DNA of 59,208 nt from Candidatus Hydrogenedentota bacterium (GTDB lineage Bacteria; Hydrogenedentota; Hydrogenedentia; Hydrogenedentales; CAITNO01), in contig JAPXRP010000001.1 of NCBI GenBank assembly GCA_033813475.1, positions 1 to 59,208 of the forward strand, in the 5' to 3' direction. Below, in pieces: positions 18,422-27,132 of this stretch. Position 1 is the first letter of the stretch, and each line of letters begins with the position of its first letter. The notes beneath the pieces were generated by a model. It searched no databases and had not been told where the DNA came from. It saw nothing but the letters and a program-made list of their open reading frames with translations. The position numbers and the translations under genes were made by a program.

Positions 18422-21109
18422 ATGGCGCTTCATCCCGAATTCCCCTCCTCGCCGCACGCGGTGCTGCGGCCGGAAATCCGCTGGTTCCCCGCCGACGAGA
18501 CCCTGCGCGAGACGGGCATGGAAAAGCTCATGCCGCCGCTGGTGCCCATGCTGCGCCGGAAGGTGCGCGATTTCCGGGAGAGCGGATACGCCGGGGCGTC
18601 CGACACAAGCCGCAGCCTGCTTGTCTGGTGGTTTGAGACGCCGCACCTGGTGCCCGGCCCGCAGGGCGCCGACACGGAGTTTGCGTTCTATTTCGCCCAG
18701 CGGGAGGCGCTGGAGACCATTGTCTACCTGCACGATGTTGTCGGCGTCCGGGACAAGCACGACCTGATGCGGTTTGACACGGTGGGCAACGTGTCGGGGG
18801 GGATGTTCGATGAGACCTGGCCCCGTCTGGTGGTCAAGATGGCCACGGGAAGCGGAAAGACAAAGGTGCTCGCCCTGGCCCTGGCGTGGAGCTACTACCA
18901 CCGGCTGTATGAGGCGGACTCCGACCTGTCCCGCAACTTCCTGGTCATCACGCCGAACATCATCGTGCTGGACCGGATTTACAAGGACTTTCAGGGGCTG
19001 CGCATATTCTTCTCAGACCCCGTGATTCCGGACAACGGGGTGGACGGACGAAACTGGCGGGACGATTTCCAGCTCACCCTGCACGTGCAGGACGAGGTGC
19101 GCGTGACACGCCCCACGGGGAACATCTTCCTCACCAACATCCACCGCGTGTATTCGGGGGACGACATCCCCCCGTCCCCCGGGGACGAGGACACGATGGA
19201 CTACTTCCTGGGCCGGCGGCCCACGGGGGGGACCACGGACTCCAAGGTGGACCTGGGGATGATCGTCCGCGACATTGACGAGCTGATGATCCTGAACGAC
19301 GAGGCGCACCACATCCACGACCCCCGCATGGCGTGGTTTAAGTCCATTGAGGACATCCACAACCGCCTCCTGCAGAAGGGGGGCGCCCTTTCGCTGCAAG
19401 TGGACACGACGGCCACGCCCCGGCACAACAACGGGGCCATCTTCGTGCAGACGGTCTGCGACTACCCCCTGGTGGAGGCCATTTCCCAGAACGTTGTCAA
19501 GCATCCGGTGCTTCCGGACGCGGCGAGCCGCGCGAAGCTCCAGGAGTCCCAAAGCGCGAAGTACACGGAGAAATACGCCGACTACATCCACCTGGGGGTG
19601 GTCGAGTGGCGCAAGGCGCACGCCGAGCACGCCAAAATGGGGAAGAAGGCCGTCCTCTTCGTGATGACCGACGACACGCGCAACTGTGACGAGGTGGCGG
19701 AGCATCTGCGGCGCACGTACTCCGAGTTTGAGGACGAGGAATCGGTTCTGGTCATCCACACCAAGAAGAACGGGGACATCTCCGAGTCCGCCTCGGGAAA
19801 GGACAAGGAGGAGCTGGAACGGCTGCGAAAACAGGCCAACGAGATAGACCGCACCGACAGCCCCTACAAGGCCATCGTCTCGGTGCTCATGCTTAAGGAG
19901 GGGTGGGATGTCCGGAACGTCACCACCATCGTCGGGCTGCGCGCCTACGCCGCGCAAAGCAACATCCTGCCGGAGCAGACACTGGGCCGCGGGCTCCGGA
20001 AGATGTATGCGGGCGAAGTGGAGGAGTATGTGAGCGTTGTGGGGACCAACGCCTTCATGGAGTTCGTGGAGTCCATTCAGGCGGAGGGGGTGGTGCTGGA
20101 GCGCCGGGCGATGGGCGAGGGCACGACCGGCGCCGCGCCGCTTGTCATCGAGGTGGACCGCGACAACCCCAAGAAGGACATCGCCGCCCTGGACATCGAG
20201 ATTCCCGTGCTCGCCCCGCGTGTGTACCGGGAGTACGGGAGTCTTTCCGAACTGGACATCTCGCTGGCCCCCGGTGCCAGGGTGCCCGTTCGCGAGTTCA
20301 CCAAGGAGGAGCAGCGGCTCATCGTTTTCCGGGACATCACCACGGGAGAGGAAACGCACCGCACGGTTCTCGAACCCGCCGGGGTTGCGGATTATCGGAG
20401 CGTGATCGCGTATTTCACGCGCGCACTGATGAAGGACCTGCGCCTTTTCAGCGGCTACGACGTGCTGTATGGCAAGGTGAAGGTGTTTGTGCAATCCGGC
20501 CTGTTTGACCGTCCGGTGGACTTGGAGGCTGCGAACACCCTGCGCAACCTGGCCGAACCGGCCGCCGCCAAGACACTCTTCGACACGGTCAAGCAGGCAA
20601 TCAACGCGCTCACCGTCCGGGACATGGGGGGGGCGGAGATACGGGAAACCATCCGCCTGAGCGAAATGAGGCCGTTTGTCGCAAAGAATCAGGGATACCT
20701 TCTCCCGCGACGAAGCATTTTTAACAAAATCATCGGGGACGGCGATCTGGAGCTTCGCTTTGCCGCCTTTCTGGACGATTGCGGGGACATTGTGTCCTTC
20801 GCCAAGAACTACCTCGCCGTCCGCTTCAAGCTGGACTATGTGAAGGCCAACGGGGACATTTCCAACTACTACCCGGACTTCTTCGTCAAGCTTCCCGATG
20901 GCAGGCTGGTGGTGGTGGAAACCAAGGGCCGCGTGGATTTGGACGTTCCCCTCAAGATGGAACGGCTGCGGCAATGGTGCGACGATGTGAATGCGGCCAC
21001 GCCCGCGCATTCCTGCGATTTTATCTACGTGGACGAGGAGAGCTTCTACGCATACAAGCCAACGTCGTTTGGACAGGTCCTGTCCGCGTTTCGCGAGTAC
21101 AAGGGCTGA
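18422..21109 (+). CDS. res: Type III restriction enzyme Res-like SF2 helicase with C-terminal PD-(D/E)xK-like nuclease
   Basis: Walker A 'KMATGSGKTKV' and motif II 'ILNDEAHHI' are present. The helicase C-terminal block includes 'LKEGWDVRNV'. A C-terminal nuclease-like 'NYYPDFFVKLPDGRLVVVETKG' follows. Confidence 0.9.
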   Translation: MALHPEFPSSPHAVLRPEIRWFPADETLRETGMEKLMPPLVPMLRRKVRDFRESGYAGASDTSRSLLVWWFETPHLVPGPQGADTEFAFYFAQREALETIVYLHDVVGVRDKHDLMRFDTVGNVSGGMFDETWPRLVVKMATGSGKTKVLALALAWSYYHRLYEADSDLSRNFLVITPNIIVLDRIYKDFQGLRIFFSDPVIPDNGVDGRNWRDDFQLTLHVQDEVRVTRPTGNIFLTNIHRVYSGDDIPPSPGDEDTMDYFLGRRPTGGTTDSKVDLGMIVRDIDELMILNDEAHHIHDPRMAWFKSIEDIHNRLLQKGGALSLQVDTTATPRHNNGAIFVQTVCDYPLVEAISQNVVKHPVLPDAASRAKLQESQSAKYTEKYADYIHLGVVEWRKAHAEHAKMGKKAVLFVMTDDTRNCDEVAEHLRRTYSEFEDEESVLVIHTKKNGDISESASGKDKEELERLRKQANEIDRTDSPYKAIVSVLMLKEGWDVRNVTTIVGLRAYAAQSNILPEQTLGRGLRKMYAGEVEEYVSVVGTNAFMEFVESIQAEGVVLERRAMGEGTTGAAPLVIEVDRDNPKKDIAALDIEIPVLAPRVYREYGSLSELDISLAPGARVPVREFTKEEQRLIVFRDITTGEETHRTVLEPAGVADYRSVIAYFTRALMKDLRLFSGYDVLYGKVKVFVQSGLFDRPVDLEAANTLRNLAEPAAAKTLFDTVKQAINALTVRDMGGAEIRETIRLSEMRPFVAKNQGYLLPRRSIFNKIIGDGDLELRFAAFLDDCGDIVSFAKNYLAVRFKLDYVKANGDISNYYPDFFVKLPDGRLVVVETKGRVDLDVPLKMERLRQWCDDVNAATPAHSCDFIYVDEESFYAYKPTSFGQVLSAFREYKG

Positions 21110-21141
21110 CCAGGGTTTTCTCGTTTTCTTGGAGCCCACCC

Positions 21142-22026
21142 ATGCGCTTTGAGGGCCGGATATACCGTCCGCCGAGCGAGGCGGACAGCGTGCTGATCCA
21201 GTTGACCGTGGGGTGCAGCCACAACCGCTGCGCCTTTTGCGCCATGTACGCGGACAAGAAGTACCGTGTGCGGCCGTTGGAGGAGGTGTTGGAGGATGTG
21301 GACGCGTCGGCGCGGCTGTGGCCCCGGGCGCGGCGGGTGTTTGTGTGCGACGGCGACGCCCTGAGCGCGGGCTATGACACCTTCGCCGCGCTGTGCGGGC
21401 ACATCGTCCGGCGCTTTCCCGCGCTGGAGCGTATCTCCGCGTACACGAACGCCCGGGACATTCTGCGGCTGTCGCCGGAGGAGCTGGCACGGCTCCGGGA
21501 GCTGCGCTTTTCCCTGTGCTATCTCGGGCTGGAGAGCGGGGGCGCGGCGGTGCTGGAGCGCATCCGCAAGGGGGCGACGCCGGAGGACATGGCGGGCATG
21601 GCGGAGAAGACGTGCGCGGCGGGCATGGACCTGTCGGCCATCGTGCTGCTGGGGGCGGGCGGCCGCGCGCTCACGGCGGACCACGTTTCCGGGACCATCG
21701 CCGTCGTCAACCGGATGCGGCCCCGATACCTTTCTTTCCTCACCGCCATGATCGTGCCGCACTCCGCCCTGATGACGTGGACAAAGCAGGGGGAATTTGA
21801 ACCCCTCACGGACCGGGAAATCCTGCGAGAGGCCCGCGACATGCTCGCCGGGCTGGAACTGGACGACACGCTGTTCCGCATGAACCATGTGTCCAACCTC
21901 ATTGCCCTCGGCGGGCGCCTCCCGCGCGACCAAGTCGCGCTGCTCGCGCAGCTAGACGCCCTCCTTCCCCGCGCGGGCGACCAGGTCACCTGCGTCTGCG
22001 ACGAAGACCAGGCGATGTTCCTGTAG
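21142..22026 (+). CDS. Radical SAM protein (about 294 aa, no SPASM-like C-terminal Cys clusters)
   Basis: ORF 20779..22026 is trimmed to ATG 21142. 'IYRPPSEADSVLIQLTVGCSHNRCAFCAMY' contains the CxxxCxxC cluster. It begins 32 nt downstream of res on the same strand. Confidence 0.85.
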   Translation: MRFEGRIYRPPSEADSVLIQLTVGCSHNRCAFCAMYADKKYRVRPLEEVLEDVDASARLWPRARRVFVCDGDALSAGYDTFAALCGHIVRRFPALERISAYTNARDILRLSPEELARLRELRFSLCYLGLESGGAAVLERIRKGATPEDMAGMAEKTCAAGMDLSAIVLLGAGGRALTADHVSGTIAVVNRMRPRYLSFLTAMIVPHSALMTWTKQGEFEPLTDREILREARDMLAGLELDDTLFRMNHVSNLIALGGRLPRDQVALLAQLDALLPRAGDQVTCVCDEDQAMFL

Positions 22027-22216
22027 GCGGCGGGGGACGTCCAGACACGGGATTGCTTCAGGCGCTTCGCGCCTTCGAAATGACTGGTCAAGCAACGGTT
22101 TCATGATGAACCGACGGGAAACGAGTCGTGGCGAGCGAAGCGACGCCATCTCGTGCCCGCCAACGCCCGGCTTCTGTCCGGCGAACGGGCGTCACACCGC
22201 GCCGCGCTCATGAAAA

Positions 22217-23458
22217 ATGCTAAACTACCGCCGTTTGCGCGGCGAACGCACCGCTCCGCCGCCTGGAGACCCCCTTATCTTGAAGACAGCAGTACATTTT
22301 GGCGCGGGCAACATCGGCCGGGGCTTTCTTGGCCAGTTGTATTTTGAGTCCGGGTACCGGACCGTCTTCGTGGACGTGGTGGAGGAGGTGGTGTCCGCCC
22401 TTCAGGCGCGCAAAGCCTACCCGGTGGAGATTGTGGAGGAGGTGGTGTCCCGCATTCCTGTGGAAAACGTGGACGCCGTGGACGGGCGCGACCGCGACGC
22501 GGTGGCCGAGGCCGTGCGCGGCGCGGACATCCTTTCGACGGCGGTGGGGGTGAACGCCCTGCCGCACATCGTGCCCGCGCTGGCCGAGGGGCTGCGGCTG
22601 CGGCTGGAGGCGGGGGCCGCGCCGGTGAACCTGATCATCTGCGAAAACCTGCTGCACGCGGGCCCGTTCCTGCGGGAGAAGGTGCGCGAGCGGCTGCCGG
22701 AGGCCCTGCACGCCGCGTTGGACGCGCGGGTGGGCTTCGTCGAGGCGTCCATCGGCCGCATGGTGCCGGTGATGACGCCGGAGAAGCGCGCCGGGGACCC
22801 GCTGCTGGTGTGCGTGGAGGCCTACTGCGAGCTGCCGGTGGACGGCGAGGCCTTCCGCGGGCCCGTGCCCGGCATCGCGCACATGAAGCCCCTGGCGAAT
22901 TTCGGGGCCTATGTCGAGCGCAAACTGTATGTGCACAACATGACCCACGCGGCGACGGCCTATCTTGGCCACCTGCGCGGGCATGAGTTCATCTGGCAGG
23001 CCATCCGCGACGACGCGGTGCGCGCGCATGTCGAGGCGGCGGCAGAGGAAAGCTGCCGGGCCTTGGCGGCGCGGCAGGGGCTGGACCTGGAGGCCCTGCG
23101 GGACCACTACCGGGATTTGGTCCGCCGCTACCACAACCGGGGGCTGGCCGACCAGGTGTCCCGCGTGGCGCGGGACCCGGTGCGCAAGCTGGGCCGCGAG
23201 GACCGGCTTATCGGCGCGGCGCTGCAATGCGTTGAGGCGGGGATTGCGCCCAGGGAGATCGCGTTTGCGGCGGCGGCGGCGGTCCGGTATGATGCCCCGG
23301 ACGACCCCGGCGCGCTCCGTGTCCGGGAAATCCACCGGCGTGGCGGCGTGGCGGCGGTGCTGGATGAACTCTGCGGATTGCCGCCGGACAGCCCCCTCAC
23401 GGGACTGATTCAGGCGGGCGAAACGGCGCTAACACAGGAATTTGGGGCGGACCGCTGA
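22217..23458 (+). CDS. mtlD: Mannitol-1-phosphate 5-dehydrogenase family (mannitol dehydrogenase Rossmann fold)
   Basis: 'KTAVHFGAGNIGRGFLGQL' matches the MtlD N-terminus 'KALHFGAGNIGRGFIG'. An in-frame TTG at 22280 would give an MtlD-like N-terminus, so the true start is uncertain. Confidence 0.7.
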   Translation: MLNYRRLRGERTAPPPGDPLILKTAVHFGAGNIGRGFLGQLYFESGYRTVFVDVVEEVVSALQARKAYPVEIVEEVVSRIPVENVDAVDGRDRDAVAEAVRGADILSTAVGVNALPHIVPALAEGLRLRLEAGAAPVNLIICENLLHAGPFLREKVRERLPEALHAALDARVGFVEASIGRMVPVMTPEKRAGDPLLVCVEAYCELPVDGEAFRGPVPGIAHMKPLANFGAYVERKLYVHNMTHAATAYLGHLRGHEFIWQAIRDDAVRAHVEAAAEESCRALAARQGLDLEALRDHYRDLVRRYHNRGLADQVSRVARDPVRKLGREDRLIGAALQCVEAGIAPREIAFAAAAAVRYDAPDDPGALRVREIHRRGGVAAVLDELCGLPPDSPLTGLIQAGETALTQEFGADR

Positions 23459-23531
23459 CCGGCGCGCGCCGGACGGCCCCATCCCCCTAACGGCCCGCCG
23501 GGCAGGCGGGCAAGCAGGAGTCTCAGGACGC

Positions 23532-24842
23532 ATGCACGAGATACTTCTTCCCAAGATGGGCAACTCCGTCGAGGACGCGGAGATCGTCAAATGGTTCAAG
23601 AGCGAGGGTGACACCGTCCAGGAGGGCGATCCGCTCTTCTCGATCCAGACGGACAAGGCGGAGGTGGAGTGCGAGTGCACGGCAGGCGGCGTGCTGCGCA
23701 AAATCCTGGTGCCCGCGGGCGTTGAGGTGCCCGTGCTGACCGTGGTGGCCCTGGTGGGCGCGGCGGACGAGGCCCTTCCCGAGGGCCCCGGCGGCGCGGC
23801 CCCCGCGCCGACGGCGGCGTCGGCTCCGGCGGCGCAGGCCGCCCCCGCGGCGGCGGCCCCCGCGGCGGCCCCTGTGGCGGCGGGGACGGCGGACGGCGAG
23901 GCCAAGGCCTCCCCGCGCGCGCGGAAACTGGCGGAGGAGAAGGGGGTGGACCTCGGCGCGGTGGCGGGTTCCGGCCCCGGCGGGCGCGTGCTGTCCGAAG
24001 ATGTCGAGGCGGCCGCGGCCGCGCTGGGCTCCGTGAAGGCGACCCCCGTGGCGCGGCGCGTGGCGGAGAACGCGGGCGTGGACCTGCGCGGTGTTTCCGG
24101 CACGGGAATCGGCGGCAAGGTCACCAAGGACGACGTGCTTCAGGCGAAGGCCGCCCCGGCGGCGGCGCCGGCCCCCGCGCCGGGCGCGCAGCGCGCCCCC
24201 CTCACGCCGATGCGCCGCATCATCGCGCAGCGCATGTGCGAGAGCAAGTTCGCCGCGCCGCACTACTACGTCACCGTCGAGGTGGACATGCTCGCCGCGA
24301 AGCAGTTCCGCGCGGGCAACAAGGCCTTCAAGTCGTCCTTTAACGACCTCGTGCTCTTCGCGGCGGCCAAGGCCCTGCGCGAGTTTCCGCAGGTCAACGC
24401 GCGGTGGTGCGGCGACGCCATCGAGCAGGTGCCGGATGTGAACCTGGGCGTGGCCGTGGCGCTGCCGACGGGGCTCATCGTCCCCGTCATCCGGCAGGCC
24501 CAGCTGCTGTCGCTGGAGGGCCTGTGCGCCGCCGCGAAATCGCTGGCCGCCAAGGCGCAGACGGGCAAGCTGCTCCCCGACGACTACACGGGCAACACCT
24601 TCACCGTGTCCAACCTGGGCGCCTACGGTGTGGACCAGTTCACGGCGATCATCAACCAGCCCGACAGCGCGATCCTCGCCGTCGGCCAGATCAAGGACCG
24701 GGTGGTTGTCATTGACGGCGGCATCCACATCCGGCCGATCATGAAGCTGACCCTCTCCAGCGACCACCGCGTCATTGACGGCTCGGTGGCGGCCCAGTTC
24801 ATGGGCCGGCTCAAGGCCCTGCTGGAGGAGGGGGCGTTCTAG
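23532..24842 (+). CDS. Dihydrolipoamide acyltransferase (E2) of a 2-oxoacid dehydrogenase complex
   Basis: ORF 23442..24842 is trimmed to ATG 23532. It has a lipoyl domain ('FSIQTDKAEVE') and an Ala/Pro linker. There are two E3-binding domains ('SPRARKLAEEKGVDL', 'TPVARRVAENAGVDL'). The catalytic motif 'SSDHRVIDG' is present. Confidence 0.9.
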   Translation: MHEILLPKMGNSVEDAEIVKWFKSEGDTVQEGDPLFSIQTDKAEVECECTAGGVLRKILVPAGVEVPVLTVVALVGAADEALPEGPGGAAPAPTAASAPAAQAAPAAAAPAAAPVAAGTADGEAKASPRARKLAEEKGVDLGAVAGSGPGGRVLSEDVEAAAAALGSVKATPVARRVAENAGVDLRGVSGTGIGGKVTKDDVLQAKAAPAAAPAPAPGAQRAPLTPMRRIIAQRMCESKFAAPHYYVTVEVDMLAAKQFRAGNKAFKSSFNDLVLFAAAKALREFPQVNARWCGDAIEQVPDVNLGVAVALPTGLIVPVIRQAQLLSLEGLCAAAKSLAAKAQTGKLLPDDYTGNTFTVSNLGAYGVDQFTAIINQPDSAILAVGQIKDRVVVIDGGIHIRPIMKLTLSSDHRVIDGSVAAQFMGRLKALLEEGAF

Positions 24843-24856
24843 ACGGAAACACGGCC

Positions 24857-25276
24857 ATGATTCCCGACCACACAGCGCTTGAAAAGTCCCTGGGACAGCT
24901 TGAGAAGAGCATGGGGTATTTAAACTCTGAGGCCGCGCGCGGCGACACCGGGTTGCGGGAGCAGTTCCGGGCGGCGACCATCAAGGCCTTCGAGTACACC
25001 TATGCCTGCGCGGTGGCGGTAATACGCAGACGGCTGGCGGAACTGTCCGAAAACCCCGGCGGGGTGGATGAAATTCCGTTCCTCGACCAGATGCGGATGG
25101 CGGGAGAGGCGGGGCTGCTCCGCAACCCGGCGGCCTTCCGTGAGTTCCGCGAGGCGCGCAACATCACCGCGCACACCTACGAGGAGGAACTGGCCGAGCG
25201 GGTGATCGCGGTGCTGGACGGCTTCGTCGGGGAAATGCATTTCCTGCTGGGGCAGTTGAAACGGGGAAACGCATGA
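24857..25276 (+). CDS. HEPN-domain protein (HI0074-type nucleotidyltransferase substrate-binding family)
   Basis: 'IKAFEYTYACAVAVIRRRL' is present, as is the Rx4H motif 'ARNITAHTY'. It starts 14 nt after the E2 stop. Confidence 0.8.
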   Translation: MIPDHTALEKSLGQLEKSMGYLNSEAARGDTGLREQFRAATIKAFEYTYACAVAVIRRRLAELSENPGGVDEIPFLDQMRMAGEAGLLRNPAAFREFREARNITAHTYEEELAERVIAVLDGFVGEMHFLLGQLKRGNA

Positions 25277-25611
25277 GAACCCTTGATTTGGATCCGTCCG
25301 CCCTGGAGATGGTCCGTGCCATCCTGCGGGAGCAGGTGCCCGGCATGGAGGTGCGGGCCTTTGGGTCGCGCGTGACGGGAGCAGCCCGGCGGATGTCCGA
25401 CTTGGATTTGGCGTTCATGACCAGCGAGCCGATGGACCTTTCCCGGCGGGCGCTGATCCGCGAGTCGTTCACGGAGTCCGCGTTGCCGATCCGGGTGGAC
25501 GTGGTGGACTGGGCGGCGACGGGCGAGACCTTCCGCCGGATCGTTGAAGAGGCGTATGTGGTGGTTCAGGAAGCCGCGCCCGCGGGGCGCGCAACAGGAG
25601 AAAGCGCATGA
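25273..25611 (+). CDS. Minimal nucleotidyltransferase (MNT) domain protein
   Basis: 'FGSRVTGAARRMSDLDLAF' fits the GSx9-10DxD pattern. ATGA overlaps join it to both neighbours (25273-25276 and 25608-25611). Confidence 0.8.
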   Translation: MRTLDLDPSALEMVRAILREQVPGMEVRAFGSRVTGAARRMSDLDLAFMTSEPMDLSRRALIRESFTESALPIRVDVVDWAATGETFRRIVEEAYVVVQEAAPAGRATGESA

Positions 25612-26996
25612 AGACCTACGATGTGGCGGTGATCGGTGCGGGCCCCGGCGGGTATGTGGCGGCCATCCGGGCGGCGCAGCGCGGCGCGAAGGTGATGGTG
25701 GCGGAGCGGAAACACCTGGGCGGCGTGTGCCTCAACGTGGGCTGCATTCCGACCAAGACCCTGATCAACACGGCCAACCTCTACAAGCGCATCCGGCATG
25801 CGGAGGAGTTCGGCCTGCACGTGGACGGCGTCACGCTCGACATGGCGCGCCTCCTCCAGCGCAAGGAAAAGGTCGTCGGCATCAACACCGGCGGGATCGA
25901 GGGGCTCTTCAAGGCCAACGGCATTGACACCGTGATCGGCGAGGCGTCCCTTCCCGGGCCCGGCCGTGTGGCGGTGAACGGCGAGGAGTACGGCGCGAAA
26001 AACATCATCCTCGCCACGGGCGGGCGTCCGGCGGTGCTGCCGGGGCTGGAGTTTGACGGAAAGACCGTGATCGGGAGCACGGAGGCCCTGCGCCTCGCCG
26101 AGGTGCCGGGCCGCGTGGCGGTGATCGGCGCCGGGGCGCTCGGCGCGGAGTTCGCGTGCATCTGGAACGCCTTCGGCGCGAAGGTGACGATCATCGAGAT
26201 GATGCCGACGGTCCTGCCCAAGTGCGATGAGGAACTTTCCAAACGCGCGGGGCAGCTCTGGAAGCGCGCCGGCATGGATGTGCGCACGGGCACCAAGGTG
26301 GCCAAGCTGGAGCGGCTGGCCCAGGGGGCGAAGCTGACCCTGGAGGGCGAGGCCCCCGGCGAGATCGAGGTGGACCTCGTGCTCGTCGGCATCGGGCTCC
26401 AGTGCAACAGCGAGATCGTCGCCGCGAACCCCGCGCTGGGCATCCAGCTCGGCAAGCGCGGCGGAATCATCGTGAACGACCGCATGGAGACCGGCGCGCC
26501 GGGCGTCTATGCCGTCGGCGACGTTATTGACCGCACCTGGCTGGCCCACGGCGCGTCCGCCGAGGGCATTGTCGCGGCGACCAATGCCACGGGCGGCAGC
26601 AAGAAGGTGGACTACCGCGTCCTGCCGTCCTGCAACTTCACGTCCCCCGAGGTGGCGTCCGTCGGCCTGACGGAAAAGGAGGCTGTGGACAAGGGGCTCA
26701 AGGTTAAATGCGGACGTTTCGCCTTTGCCGGGAACGGCCGCGCCCACGCCCTGGGCGAGACGGACGGCATGGTGAAGATCGTGGGCGACGCCGCCACGGA
26801 CGAGATTCTGGGCATGCACATCATGGGGCCCGAGGCGGGCGAGCTGATCGCCCTGGGCGCGCTGGCCATGTCCATGGAGGCCACGGTGGAGGAGATCGTC
26901 CACACGATCCACACGCATCCGACCCTCGCCGAGGCCGTGCTGGAGGCCGCGGAGGACTATTACGGCATGGGCATCCACAGCAAGCCGCGCCGCTGA
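25608..26996 (+). CDS. lpdA: Dihydrolipoyl dehydrogenase (E3)
   Basis: 'YDVAVIGAGPGGYVAA' is the FAD-binding motif. 'GGVCLNVGCIPTK' is the redox disulfide. 'HTHPTLAEAV' lies at the C-terminus. Confidence 0.93.
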   Translation: MKTYDVAVIGAGPGGYVAAIRAAQRGAKVMVAERKHLGGVCLNVGCIPTKTLINTANLYKRIRHAEEFGLHVDGVTLDMARLLQRKEKVVGINTGGIEGLFKANGIDTVIGEASLPGPGRVAVNGEEYGAKNIILATGGRPAVLPGLEFDGKTVIGSTEALRLAEVPGRVAVIGAGALGAEFACIWNAFGAKVTIIEMMPTVLPKCDEELSKRAGQLWKRAGMDVRTGTKVAKLERLAQGAKLTLEGEAPGEIEVDLVLVGIGLQCNSEIVAANPALGIQLGKRGGIIVNDRMETGAPGVYAVGDVIDRTWLAHGASAEGIVAATNATGGSKKVDYRVLPSCNFTSPEVASVGLTEKEAVDKGLKVKCGRFAFAGNGRAHALGETDGMVKIVGDAATDEILGMHIMGPEAGELIALGALAMSMEATVEEIVHTIHTHPTLAEAVLEAAEDYYGMGIHSKPRR

Positions 26997-27066
26997 GGCC
27001 GTTTCGGTGGACGCCCCGGCATGGCAATTCCGCAAAAAATGTGATAGGATACTTGCAGGCAGGAAG

Positions 27067-27085
27067 GGGGCACGGTGCCCCTTTT
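27067..27085 (+). terminator. Possible small intrinsic terminator after lpdA
   Basis: The stem is 'ggggca'/'tgcccc' with a 3-nt loop, followed by 'tttt'. The stem is short, so this call is weak. Confidence 0.4.
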
Positions 27086-27132
27086 CGAAGCGTTTTACGG
27101 AAGAAGAGGCGTTCATAACGGAGGTAGTCAGA

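Noticed and set aside
20626-20633. A G8 homopolymer inside res (also a G7 at 19225-19231) as a phase-variation switch.
   Set aside because: G7-C8 tracts are common throughout this window, including housekeeping genes. Examples are the C8 at 31310-31317 in cca and G7 runs at 28026, 28700 and 52381. The tract is therefore not distinctive.
21142-22026. The radical SAM gene as the anaerobic sulfatase-maturing enzyme (anSME) for the two CSPCR sulfatases.
   Set aside because: It is only about 294 aa and lacks the C-terminal SPASM cysteine clusters. It also sits beside the R-M operon, about 10 kb from the sulfatases.
22041-22150. A weak inverted similarity ('ggcgcttcgcgcc' versus 'gcgagcgaagcgacgcc') upstream of the mtlD-like gene.
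   Set aside because: It has too many mismatches and gaps to be called a repeat by eye. It may be a decayed relative of the other elements.
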